Of a DNA stretch of 44,888 nt, positions 9,862 to 19,304 are shown piece by piece. The notes under the pieces were generated by a model. It worked only from the letters and a program-made list of their open reading frames with translations. It made no database searches and was not told the DNA's origin. This DNA comes from a bacterium (GTDB lineage: Bacteria > Hinthialibacterota > Hinthialibacteria > Hinthialibacterales > Hinthialibacteraceae): NCBI GenBank assembly GCA_041946805.1, contig JBHGBC010000029.1, forward strand, positions 1-44,888. The letters run 5' to 3'. A program made the translations under genes and the position numbers. The number at the start of each line of letters is the position of its first letter. Position 1 is the first letter of the stretch.

Positions 9862-10530
9862 TTACCCCTCCAAGATGATGATGTGATTGTTCCGTCCCGC
9901 GATTGTCAGCGCCGCATCCTGATCCGCCGGGGTAATTTCCAGAGGATCATCCAAGGGATAGAGAATGATTTTGTGATCCGATTTCATACGGCATAACGCT
10001 TCATCCAACACAGACCGCGGCAGATCCCGCAGATTATCCCGCAGCCGCCGAAGACGAATCTGCTTCCGCGCCTCTCCTCCGCTGGCTTGGAAGTAGGCGT
10101 CGCGGATTTGTTGTTCCAGGTCCGCGGGCGTGGGGGTGGAAGGCGGGGATGTTGCCGGAATGGCGGAATTGGCCGCTGCCATTATTTTTTTCCGGGATGC
10201 AATTTGAACAAATTCGCTTAGTTTTACGTTATTTGTCTGCATATAATATTTAAGCAGCGATAAGACATTATGCAGGACGGTTTTTATTTCAGGGGAGCGA
10301 GTGTTAATAGCGATATCCATATTATCTTCCGCCCACCGCCAGGCTCGGTCTAACAATATAATATGATTGGCGCGGCCGCGCGATATAACATCAATAAATT
10401 GGGCATCTTTTAATTCATTTCGCGGCTTAGGCAATAGTTTTGGCTTAACTTTGGAAACAGCCGGTTCTTCGCCTGTGAGGATTAATTTCCAAATAAGAAG
10501 CGCTTGAAGTGGTGATGGCTCGAAACTCAT
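9862..10530 (-). CDS. Uncharacterised protein with probable winged-helix domains, co-transcribed with the AAA+/HerA gene
   Basis: ATG 10530 with AAGGA upstream; stop lies 5 bp before the ATPase start; C-terminal IRLRRLRDNL..LPRSVLDEAL..ILYPLDDP..DQDAAL helical/beta-wing pattern. Confidence 0.65.
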   Translation of the reverse strand: MSFEPSPLQALLIWKLILTGEEPAVSKVKPKLLPKPRNELKDAQFIDVISRGRANHIILLDRAWRWAEDNMDIAINTRSPEIKTVLHNVLSLLKYYMQTNNVKLSEFVQIASRKKIMAAANSAIPATSPPSTPTPADLEQQIRDAYFQASGGEARKQIRLRRLRDNLRDLPRSVLDEALCRMKSDHKIILYPLDDPLEITPADQDAALTIAGRNNHIIILEG

Positions 10531-10561
10531 GGTAAAATCCTTTCCGCCCGTTCCGGGCCGA

Positions 10562-10594
10562 CCCTCACCCCGGCCCTCACCCAAGGGGAGAGGG
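10562..10594 (+). repeat. BoxC-like core
   Basis: CCCTCACCCCGGCCCTCACCCAAGGGGAGAGGG. Confidence 0.8.
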
Positions 10595-10707
10595 AGAAGA
10601 AGAGAGAGGGTATGTGCTTCGTTTGAGGATCTGCGGACGAAAAGGCAAGCCCCTCGACGGGGAGGCCGCCGAAGGGCGCGCGCGATGATTCAGTCATCGG
10701 AGTCTGG

Positions 10708-12066
10708 TCAGATACCTACTTTGGGCAGATGGGCCAACGACTCGGCTACTTTCTCCGCCGGGTACTCGTAATCCTCCAGGTCGCCCGCCAGGTAGCGGTC
10801 GTAGGACGCCATGTCGAAGTGACCGTGGCCGCAGAAATTGAAGAAGATCGTCTTTTCCTTGCCTTCTTCCTTGGCTTTCATGGCTTCGTCGATCACCGCG
10901 CAGATGGCGTGGGAAGCTTCCGGAGCGGGGACCGTGGCTTCCGAGCGCGCGAATTGGATGCCCGCCTCGAAGACCGAAGTTTGTCCCACGGCGCGGGTTT
11001 CGATCAATCCTTCCTCGATCGCGCAGGAGATCAGGGGGGCGACGCCGTGGTAGCGCAAGCCGCCGGCGTGGATGCTGGGGGGGACGAAGTCGTGTCCCAG
11101 GGTGTGCATGCGCATGAGGGGGGTCATTTTCGCCGTATCACCGAAGTCGTAGGTCAGCCAGCCCTTGGTCATGGTCGGGCAGGCCGTGGGTTCCACGGCG
11201 ATGATGCGCAATTCCCGTCCATGGGATTTGTCGACGCAGAAGGGGAACGCGGTGCCGGCGAAGTTGCTGCCGCCGCCCACGCACCCGATCACGATGTCCG
11301 GGTACACGCCGATCTGCTCGAATTGTTTTTTGGCTTCCAGGCCGATGACGGTTTGGTGCAAGAGCACGTGATTGAGGACGCTGCCCAGGCCGTACTTGGT
11401 ATCGTTCCGCATGGCGGCGTCTTCGACCGCCTCGCTGATGGCGATGCCGAGGCTGCCGGGACAATCCGGATCTTTTTCCAGGATGGCGCGTCCCGCCTGG
11501 GTGCGGCTCGAGGGGCTGGGGATCACTTCCGCGCCCCACACGTGCATCATGGATTTGCGGTAGGGTTTTTGCTCGTAGCTGACGCGGACCATGTAGATCA
11601 TGCATTCCAGCCCGAAGTGATTGCAGGCCAGGGCCAGGGCGCTGCCCCATTGTCCCGCCCCGGTTTCGGTGGTCATGCGGGATACGCCTTCCATCTTGTT
11701 GTAATAGGCCTGCGCGATGGAGGTGTTGGGTTTGTGGCTGCCCGCCGGGCTGATGCTTTCGTTTTTGTAGTAAATCTTGGCCGGCGTGCCCAACGCCTTT
11801 TCCAGGTTATAGGCGCGCACCAGGGGGGTGGGACGCCAGAGGGTCAAGAAATCCAGGACCGGTTCGGGGATGTCGATCCATGGTTCGGTGCTCATTTCCT
11901 GTTCGAGCAGGGCCCGGGGAAAGATGACGCCCATTTGTTCCGGCGAGACGGGTTGGCCGGTGGCGGGATCCAGGTAAGGGGCCGGTGGTTTTTTCAAGTA
12001 GGGGATCAAGTTCAACCACTGGGTCGGCATTTGATCTTCAGACAAGAGAGTTTTGCGGTGCAACAT
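10708..12066 (-). CDS. trpB2: TrpB2-type (stand-alone) tryptophan synthase beta chain-like PLP enzyme
   Basis: [12 protein letters not shown] lysine, [34 protein letters not shown]; start ATG 12066 with GAGG. Confidence 0.92.
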   Translation of the reverse strand: MLHRKTLLSEDQMPTQWLNLIPYLKKPPAPYLDPATGQPVSPEQMGVIFPRALLEQEMSTEPWIDIPEPVLDFLTLWRPTPLVRAYNLEKALGTPAKIYYKNESISPAGSHKPNTSIAQAYYNKMEGVSRMTTETGAGQWGSALALACNHFGLECMIYMVRVSYEQKPYRKSMMHVWGAEVIPSPSSRTQAGRAILEKDPDCPGSLGIAISEAVEDAAMRNDTKYGLGSVLNHVLLHQTVIGLEAKKQFEQIGVYPDIVIGCVGGGSNFAGTAFPFCVDKSHGRELRIIAVEPTACPTMTKGWLTYDFGDTAKMTPLMRMHTLGHDFVPPSIHAGGLRYHGVAPLISCAIEEGLIETRAVGQTSVFEAGIQFARSEATVPAPEASHAICAVIDEAMKAKEEGKEKTIFFNFCGHGHFDMASYDRYLAGDLEDYEYPAEKVAESLAHLPKVGI

Positions 12067-12257
12067 GTCGGTTACCTCAATTCGCCTAGTTTTTCCCTCC
12101 TCGCCTCCGCCGGATTCCCCGTCCCGCGGGATCCGGGATCGTAGGTGATCCACTGGGATTCCGGTATATCGCGATGGGCGATTATTGACGCCATAACACT
12201 ACTCCATTTGGTCCGTATTTACCAAGAGGGATGAAACAAACAGGCGGGAAAAAGTTT

Positions 12258-12494
12258 GGCTCATCCGGCCAGCGCGTACTTTTTTTTCAGATTGCCGGTT
12301 CGGATCTCTTCGAAAGGATCGATGAAAACCACCCCTCAAATCCCCTCTCCCTCTAGCCGAGGGCCAGGGTTGGGGCGATAGCGCCCCATTCAAGGGGGCC
12401 GCAGCCCAGCAGCCCCGGGTTTCAAACCTGGGGGGATCAAACCTGGGGGGTCAAATCCTGGGGGAGGCAAATCCTGGGGGAGGCAAATCCTGGG
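12258..12494 (-). repeat. Inverted right half of MITE family 1 plus a G-rich tandem repeat
   Basis: GGCTCATCCGGCCAGCGCGTAC TIR at 12258; degenerate core at 12342-12375; five units of CAAA(T)CCTGGG(GG) at 12423-12494. Confidence 0.7.
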
Positions 12495-12561
12495 CTGTTC
12501 CACCCGGGGCCTTTCAACCTCCATGCCATGGCCCGGAGGGACCTTGATTTCCGGCGAAATA

Positions 12562-14046
12562 TCAGGCCGCTTCGCGGCTGAACTGGCGCATCACCTGCTG
12601 CACGGGAATCTCCGGTTGTTCCGCGTGGATGGCCTCGATGATGAACTGGGGCGGATGCCACACCGACGGCAGGCCCACGTTGCCTTTTTTGATCAACTCC
12701 TGCTTGATCCGCACCAGCCAATCCATGTACATCAACTGCAGGCGGTAGCTGGGCAACACCTTCAGCAGCCACTTGGTGAACCAGAAGACCCGGGGATAGC
12801 TCACGAAGAGGTGCGCGCATTGCCCGATCTTTTCGATCAGTTCTTTTTTCTCCAGTTTGATGCTGGGGGCGAGGCGTTCCTGGAATTCCCGCGGGATCTC
12901 CTTCAGGTCGCCGCTGAAGCCATAATCCTGCTCGCACATTTCGCCCAACTTGGTGCCCGGGAATGGCGCGAAGAACGAGAAGGTGTTGATGTGCGTGCGG
13001 CATTGGATGTTCAGTTCCACCGTGGAGAGGGCCGTTTCCACTGTTTCGCCCGGCACGCCGAACATGTTTTGCCCGATCACGCGGATGCCATGCTCGTAAT
13101 ACAACCGGCAGGCTTCCAGAATCTTTTCGGACGAGATGTTCTTGGCCAGGATGGTGCGGCGCAGTACGTCGCTGCCGCTTTCGATGCCCGTGGCCACGCG
13201 GATGCACCCCGCTTCGGCCAGCATCCGCGCCTCTTCCTCGTCGGTCAAATCGCACCGGACATTGCAGATGAACGGCAGGCCGATCTCTTTCCCGTACCGG
13301 GGCAAGAACTCCCGCAGCCACCTCCGGTTGAGAATGAACGTGTCATCCTGGAACGCCACGTAAACGATCTTGTAATTGTCCTTGAGCCAATGCAGCTCGG
13401 CCAGGACGTTTTCCACGCTCCGCTGCCGGGTCCACCGGCCTTCCTGCGAATCGCGCGAGGCGTGGTTGAAACAGAAGGTGCAGTCGTACGGGCAGCCCCG
13501 GCCGGCCATGACATAACCGGTCCGCTGTTTCCACACCGCGAAATTCCGGATCAATTCCCGGTCGGGAAACGGGATATCATCCAAGGCTTGCTTGGAGATG
13601 AAAGGCCGGTTGGGATTCTGCGTGATGTGGTTCCCCACCTTGAACGCCATTGTGTCGATTTTGGTGAAATCCCTCCCCTCCTCCAAGGCGGTGACCAATT
13701 CGAGCGTGGGGTACTCGCCCTCACCGGTGCAAATGGCGTCGATCCCTTCCTCTTCGACCATCTTGGGGAAAAAGGTGGGGTGCGGGCCGCCGAACAGCGA
13801 GAAGCAATCCTGCACCCGCTTGATCTCCCGGTTCACTTCGAAGAACCGCGGCGCCTGGCTGGTGGCCACCGAAAAGGCCACCATGCCCGGATTGAGCCGC
13901 TTGATCTTCTCGACATAATCCGGCCCGTCGTCGATATTGACCGCCGTGACCGTATGCCCTGCTTCCTTCAGCACCGCCGCGATGTACGACGCTCCCAACG
14001 GCTGATGGCTCAGAATGATATCATCGAAGACAAAGGTTACATGCAT
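12562..14046 (-). CDS. Cobalamin-binding radical SAM protein (class B methyltransferase-like), copy A
   Basis: N-terminal B12-binding domain (PLGASYIAAVL, GGPHPT, GEGE) and RGCPYDCTFC CxxxCxxC motif. Confidence 0.9.
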   Translation of the reverse strand: MHVTFVFDDIILSHQPLGASYIAAVLKEAGHTVTAVNIDDGPDYVEKIKRLNPGMVAFSVATSQAPRFFEVNREIKRVQDCFSLFGGPHPTFFPKMVEEEGIDAICTGEGEYPTLELVTALEEGRDFTKIDTMAFKVGNHITQNPNRPFISKQALDDIPFPDRELIRNFAVWKQRTGYVMAGRGCPYDCTFCFNHASRDSQEGRWTRQRSVENVLAELHWLKDNYKIVYVAFQDDTFILNRRWLREFLPRYGKEIGLPFICNVRCDLTDEEEARMLAEAGCIRVATGIESGSDVLRRTILAKNISSEKILEACRLYYEHGIRVIGQNMFGVPGETVETALSTVELNIQCRTHINTFSFFAPFPGTKLGEMCEQDYGFSGDLKEIPREFQERLAPSIKLEKKELIEKIGQCAHLFVSYPRVFWFTKWLLKVLPSYRLQLMYMDWLVRIKQELIKKGNVGLPSVWHPPQFIIEAIHAEQPEIPVQQVMRQFSREAA

Positions 14047-14219
14047 CGATAGGTCACCTCAATCCGTCGTTACCCGAACGCGGATATCCTACATCCGGAC
14101 CGCCGGATAAAGCAAGGGAAAGTTTACTATATTGATCATCTTTAGAATGATTTGATGAGTCAGCTAGATTGCGGAAGAAAAATCAAAACGATCTTCCCGA
14201 TCGCAGAGATGACTACGTA

Positions 14220-14346
14220 TCGCTCTTTCAGTGCTTCCCTCACCCTAGCCCTCTCCCAGAGGGAGAGGGAATCGCTTTGCGTTCCCATCCACACGCTTTC
14301 CACGAACCAAACCATGAGAAAGGTCTGTATCCGTGTAAATAATTAC
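14220..14346 (+). repeat. MITE family 2-related copy with BoxC-like core
   Basis: CGCTCTTTCAGTGCT + core at 14237-14269 + right end GTAAATAATTAC. Confidence 0.65.
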
Positions 14347-14535
14347 AAATACTGGCTCCTAAGGAGTTGAATTGAATCCGTTCCACCCCAACGGAGTGGA
14401 AATCCTTGTGAACGTTACCGGGATTAGTCACTCCCGGATATTCACATTCAATCTCTTTGGGATTGGCCGCGGGCAGGATGCCTGCACCACAAAAGACGTC
14501 TATCGGGCGCATGACTTTTGATCCGCCGTGTAGCG

Positions 14536-14569
14536 GTAGCCGGGGCACGTGGCCACGTGCCCCGGCTAC
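14536..14569. repeat. Perfect 34-bp palindrome (GTAG...CTAC)
   Basis: GTAGCCGGGGCACGTGG|CCACGTGCCCCGGCTAC. Confidence 0.9.
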
Positions 14570-14687
14570 AGGCGGCCCATGGCAACATAGGGGAATGATA
14601 GAGTTACGCCGGATGGGTCAGCGCACAGCGCGTGATCCATCCTAATCATCGCAAAACCAAATTACCGGTCTGGAGACTCATACAACC

Positions 14688-16175
14688 TTACCCCACCTCC
14701 TCCGCCACGCTTTCCCGGGCGATGGGCTGAATGGGGATCTCGGGCTGTTCGGCCCGGATGGCTTCCCGGATGAAGCGGGGCGGGTGCCACAGCGAGGGCA
14801 GGCCGGCGATTTCCCATTGCATCAGGCTGTTGCGGATCCGGAGCAGCCAATCCAGGTACATCAGTTTAAGGGATTGCCCGGGCAGCCGTTTCAACAGGTG
14901 TTTGGTGAACCAGAAAACGCGCGGGTAGCTCATGAACAGATGGGCGCACTGGCCGATCTTTTCGATCAGTTCCTTGTTTTCCAGATGGATGCTGGGGGCC
15001 AGTTTTTCCTGAAATTCCTTCGGCAACTCCCGCAAGTCCCCGCTGAATCCATACTGTTCCTTGCAGATCTCCCCCAGCCGGGTTCCCGGGAACGGGGCGA
15101 AAAACGAGAAGGTGTTGATGTGCGTCCGGCAGCGGATATTCAGTTCGATCGTGGCCAGGGCCGAGTCCAGGGTTTCGCCTGGAACGCCGAACATGTTCTG
15201 CCCGACGACCTGGATCCCGTGCGAAAAATACAAATCACACGCTTTTTGGATCTGTCCGGACGTGATGTTCTTGGCCAGGATGGTTTGCCGCAGCGTGTCA
15301 TCCCCGTTCTCGATGCCCGTGGCCACCCGGATGCAACCCGCCTCGGCCAGCAGTTTCACTTCTTCTTCATCCGTCAGGTCGCAGCGCACGTTGCAGATAA
15401 AGGGCAGGCCGATCTCTATCCCGTAACGCGGCAAAAATTCCCGCAACCAACGGCGGTTCAAGATGAACGTATCGTCCTGGAAAGCGATGTAGATAACCTG
15501 GTATTTCTCCTTCAGCCAGTGCAGTTCGGCCAGCACGTTGTCGACGGAGCGTTGGCGCGTCCAGCGGCCCGGCTGCGAGTCCCGCGAGGCATGGTTGAAA
15601 CAATACGAGCAATCGTACGGGCAGCCGCGCCCCGCCATGACAAAGCCGGTCCGGTGCTTCCAGACTTCCCGCCCCCGGATCAGTTCCCGGTCGGGAAACG
15701 GCAGAAGGTTCAATGCTTTTTTATCGATGAAGGGCCGGTTGGGATTGCGGACGATTTTCCCCGCGGCCTTGAAGGAAAGGCTGGGGATGCGGGTAAAATC
15801 CTTTCCTTCTTCCAGGGCGGTCACCAGTTCCAGGGTGGGGTATTCGCCTTCGCCGGTGCAGACCGCGTCGATGCCCGCTTCTTCGATGGTTTGCGGGAAA
15901 AAAATGGCGTGGGGTCCGCCGAAAAGGGAAAAACAGGCATGGTTTTTTTTGATTTCGCGGTTGATTTCAAAGAACCGGTATGCGGAGCTCGAGGAGATCG
16001 AATACGCGACGATTCCGGGATTCGATTTTTGGATCCGGCCGGCGAAATCCGGATCCTCGTCGACATTGAACGCGGTCACCGTATGGCCGGCTTCTTTCAA
16101 CACGGCCGAAATATAGGACGCGCCTAGAGGTTGGTGGGTAAGAATGCTATTGTCAAACAGAAAGGCGACATGCAC
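14688..16175 (-). CDS. Cobalamin-binding radical SAM protein, copy B
   Basis: Colinear paralog of 12562..14046; RGCPYDCSYC; GTG start. Confidence 0.9.
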   Translation of the reverse strand: MHVAFLFDNSILTHQPLGASYISAVLKEAGHTVTAFNVDEDPDFAGRIQKSNPGIVAYSISSSSAYRFFEINREIKKNHACFSLFGGPHAIFFPQTIEEAGIDAVCTGEGEYPTLELVTALEEGKDFTRIPSLSFKAAGKIVRNPNRPFIDKKALNLLPFPDRELIRGREVWKHRTGFVMAGRGCPYDCSYCFNHASRDSQPGRWTRQRSVDNVLAELHWLKEKYQVIYIAFQDDTFILNRRWLREFLPRYGIEIGLPFICNVRCDLTDEEEVKLLAEAGCIRVATGIENGDDTLRQTILAKNITSGQIQKACDLYFSHGIQVVGQNMFGVPGETLDSALATIELNIRCRTHINTFSFFAPFPGTRLGEICKEQYGFSGDLRELPKEFQEKLAPSIHLENKELIEKIGQCAHLFMSYPRVFWFTKHLLKRLPGQSLKLMYLDWLLRIRNSLMQWEIAGLPSLWHPPRFIREAIRAEQPEIPIQPIARESVAEEVG

Positions 16176-16246
16176 TGCTGGAATTCCTCTTTTCCCAAAC
16201 GATACGGATTCGGCCGGACAATAACCTTTTCGTTTCGAGTAAGTAA

Positions 16247-18124
16247 TTGGGCAACCTGATCCTTTTTCTTCTTTTTGGATTCAGCCTGACCGCGGGAAAC
16301 GGCTTCATCGGCAATTGTATTCTACGAGGCATAGGACCTTCTTCCAAGAGGCTGCCCTATTTTTGCTCGATTGCCGTAGGGTGGGTCGTTCTGACTTTTA
16401 TCCTTGATATTCTTGGATTTATCGGATTATACCGAAGATCCGTTCTAGGTGTTCTCGGCTTGTTGTGGCTGGCCGCGGGCGTGTGCGCCGCCGCCGAATG
16501 GCTTCATGCCCGTTTGCAAAAGTCAGAGGATGAAGAAACCCGGCAGGAACTCGAATCCACTCTCAATCCCTTGTTCCTGCGTATCGGCTTGGGAGTCCTG
16601 CTTCTAGTATACCTCTTGAATGGCCTGACTCCTGAAACCCGTCATGATCCCTACGATTACCACTTGACCATCCCCACGTTATACCTGGCGGACGGCAAAA
16701 TTGTGGAAATTCCCTGGCATGTGTTTTCGTACATGCCGAAAAACGGAGAGATCTTGTATGGATTGGCGCTGGGCATCGGCGACGACACGCTGACCAAACT
16801 GATCCATTTTCTCTTCGGCGGGTACTGCCTGCTGGCCGCCGCTTCTTTTCTCCACAAAATCCAGGGTTACGAAGCGGCGCTCATGGCCGCCTTTTTTATC
16901 GCTTCGCTTCCAGTATTCGGTTTTCTATGCACTTCATCCTATATCGACCTGATTCGTTCATTCTGGGAACTCTCCGCCCTTTATCTGCTTTATCTCGTAT
17001 GGGAAGGCCGCGGCGCGGAGGGACGCTCCGCACATCTGGTGTTGTCAACCTTGTTCGCGGGCATGGCCTTGGGGACCAAGTATGTGTCCTGGCTGGTTTT
17101 CTTTCCGGGATACGCGATACTTCTCGGTCTGACACTTTGGACAACCGGGCTGATCCGCTCCCCCCGCTGGCTGGGCTTGTGCGCCCTGGCGGGAGCGTTG
17201 CCGGTCGCCCCCTGGCTGGCCACCAACGCGGTCTGGACCGGCAATCCCATGTATCCTCTTTTTCCATCCCTCTTCGGAATGCACATTCCGCCCGCGGAGG
17301 AGGCCTATCGTTTCATCTCCGAGCACCAGCCGGATTCGTACTACCGCAGCGCGCAGAACATCATCCCCTACATCTTCACCCGGCTGGGAAACCTGTTGAT
17401 CGAAGGTAACGCCCTGGTGCTGGTGGGCATCGCGGGTTGGCTGACGTCGTTCTGGTGGCGGTTCACAAGCACGGGCCGACGCTTGATCTCCCCCGCCTTT
17501 TGGGGACTCCTGGGATACACCGTGCTCTCCTCGCTGTTATTCTTCGTGGAGGCCGATAACGCGGACGGACGTTTTTTCTTTTCGACCCTGGTGCTGCTCA
17601 CCATCCCGTCGGTATTCCTTTTGATCGCGCTTTATCATTCCATCCGTTCCACCTCCCTCTTGTCGCTTTATTTCCTCCCCGCCATTACGGTGTTCTTGTT
17701 GACGAATGCCCTGATTTACCGATACCACCAGATTCTGGATCTAGGTGAGTCCATGCTGCCCATACTCACCCAGGAGCAGCGGGACGAATGGCTTTCCCAA
17801 CGGTCGGTCAGCTATCCGGTCATCCAATGGGCGGAAAAAAACCTGCCGCCCGAATCGCTGATACTCGGCCTGGGCTATCCTCTGCGTTTGAAACATATAG
17901 CCAAAAACAAGTATGGCTACATACCCTTTCTCGAGGATCTGCCTGATGCCGCCCCGGCCAGCGCTTTGGCCCAGCGGCTGCGCGGCGCGGGGGTGACGCA
18001 TATCCTGAAGCCTTATCCGATATTGAGACAAGATATTGATTTATCTATACTTGAAACTGAATATCTCCAACAAGTTTACATCCATCGTGGATTAACTCTT
18101 TATAAACTCATTGGTTCCGTTTGA
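16247..18124 (+). CDS. Polytopic membrane protein, probable GT-C fold (ArnT/PMT-like) glycosyltransferase
   Basis: Many TM segments; DPYDYHL..P..Y motif; GMALGTKY; PW...N...TGNPMYP. The TTG start is uncertain. Confidence 0.7.
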   Translation: MGNLILFLLFGFSLTAGNGFIGNCILRGIGPSSKRLPYFCSIAVGWVVLTFILDILGFIGLYRRSVLGVLGLLWLAAGVCAAAEWLHARLQKSEDEETRQELESTLNPLFLRIGLGVLLLVYLLNGLTPETRHDPYDYHLTIPTLYLADGKIVEIPWHVFSYMPKNGEILYGLALGIGDDTLTKLIHFLFGGYCLLAAASFLHKIQGYEAALMAAFFIASLPVFGFLCTSSYIDLIRSFWELSALYLLYLVWEGRGAEGRSAHLVLSTLFAGMALGTKYVSWLVFFPGYAILLGLTLWTTGLIRSPRWLGLCALAGALPVAPWLATNAVWTGNPMYPLFPSLFGMHIPPAEEAYRFISEHQPDSYYRSAQNIIPYIFTRLGNLLIEGNALVLVGIAGWLTSFWWRFTSTGRRLISPAFWGLLGYTVLSSLLFFVEADNADGRFFFSTLVLLTIPSVFLLIALYHSIRSTSLLSLYFLPAITVFLLTNALIYRYHQILDLGESMLPILTQEQRDEWLSQRSVSYPVIQWAEKNLPPESLILGLGYPLRLKHIAKNKYGYIPFLEDLPDAAPASALAQRLRGAGVTHILKPYPILRQDIDLSILETEYLQQVYIHRGLTLYKLIGSV

Positions 18125-18128
18125 TTTC

Positions 18129-19118
18129 ATGCCTTCTACTTCCGCTTTCCCCCGCCGCTGGCTACTCATCCGCCAGGGAGCGATCGGCGATACGATTCTT
18201 TTATCCAGTGTGATACAAGCCATCCGGCTGGGTATTCCCGAGGCGTGGATCGAGGTCATGGGGATTCAGGGACGGGTGGAATTGTTGGTTGGGGAGGGAT
18301 TGGCGGACGGGGCTGTTTCCGCTGAGCGTTTTCCCTTGGAGTGTCTGCATCAAGAAGACGCGCCTCTCCCTCCGGCGCTGATGGATTATCTTGGACGATT
18401 CGACGCCGTGGTGTATTACACGGCCGCCACGTATCCCTGGCTGAGAGACAAGATGCGGATTCACCCCAGCCAGGTGATGCGTATACATCCCGCCCTGCCC
18501 CCGGAGGGTTACACGCGTCATGTCACAAACCATTATTTGGAATCCCTGCATGATTTTTTTGATTGGAATAATCCGCCGGTTCCCCGCCTGGCGCTATCCC
18601 GGCAGGAGCGAGAAGCCGCCAAGCAATTTTACTTGACACGAGGAATGGAGCCTTCTCGTGAATATATTCTGGCCATGCACGTGGGAGCGGGAAGCGCGCG
18701 CAAGCAAGCGCCGGTGGCCTTTTTTGAAACGGCGGCCCGGCGTTTGCAGGTCCGTCAGCCCTGCGCCCTGTTATTGACTCAAGGTCCCGCCGATGAGCCG
18801 CCAGTTTGTCAATTGCGTACCCGTTTATCGAAGGATTTCAAAATTCACGTGATTGCCGAGCAACCCTTGCGTTCACTGTCCGCGTACCTGAGTCACGCGG
18901 ATTTGTTCATTGGCAACGACAGCGGGATCACCCATCTTGCCGCCGCCGTGGGATGTCCCACAGTGGCGGTGTTTGTCGACAGCGATCCTGCCCTCTGGCG
19001 TCCCCGGGGAAGCCATTGCGTTATTCTCGACATGAGGAATGAAGATCTCCGCTCCCCCGATTGGAGTGCGTGGTTATCCCGGAAGGATTTCCCCTCTTCC
19101 AGAGGGAAAGGGGAATAA
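18129..19118 (+). CDS. Glycosyltransferase family 9 (heptosyltransferase-like)
   Basis: LLIRQGAIGDTIL and FIGNDSGITHLAAAVGCPTVAVF motifs. Confidence 0.88.
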   Translation: MPSTSAFPRRWLLIRQGAIGDTILLSSVIQAIRLGIPEAWIEVMGIQGRVELLVGEGLADGAVSAERFPLECLHQEDAPLPPALMDYLGRFDAVVYYTAATYPWLRDKMRIHPSQVMRIHPALPPEGYTRHVTNHYLESLHDFFDWNNPPVPRLALSRQEREAAKQFYLTRGMEPSREYILAMHVGAGSARKQAPVAFFETAARRLQVRQPCALLLTQGPADEPPVCQLRTRLSKDFKIHVIAEQPLRSLSAYLSHADLFIGNDSGITHLAAAVGCPTVAVFVDSDPALWRPRGSHCVILDMRNEDLRSPDWSAWLSRKDFPSSRGKGE

Positions 19119-19240
19119 AATATCATAGCCGAGACGCGGAGGGCGCGGAGAGTTGTTCGAATCCGGATGGCCCGTTGGTTCGGCGGATCGAACCGCGGCG
19201 GGCCCGGAGCAAATACCGATGACATATTTGAATTTAAGAA

Positions 19241-19269
19241 TTGTAGGCCGGTGCGATACCAACTATAAT
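19241..19269 (+). promoter_or_regulatory. Putative sigma70 promoter of the sulfite reductase gene
   Basis: TTGTAG-17 bp-TATAAT, followed by RBS AGGAG before ATG 19305. Confidence 0.55.
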
Positions 19270-19304
19270 AGAAAAAAGTCTATATCCGAGGTAGGAGATA
19301 TAAC

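Noticed and set aside
12423..12494. Possible mini CRISPR array
   Set aside because: Units are 14-16 nt and contiguous, with no unique spacers and no cas genes.
14152..14645. Small ORFs in repeat-rich spacers (also 26964..27515, 29170..29899 and the N-terminal extension 10531..10584)
   Set aside because: They translate repeat or tRNA sequence (e.g. LTLALSQRER, PSPSGRG, GEGRGEG) and are not credible genes.
10729..16127. Long plus-strand ORFs opposite trpB2 and the radical SAM genes
   Set aside because: Antisense shadow frames.
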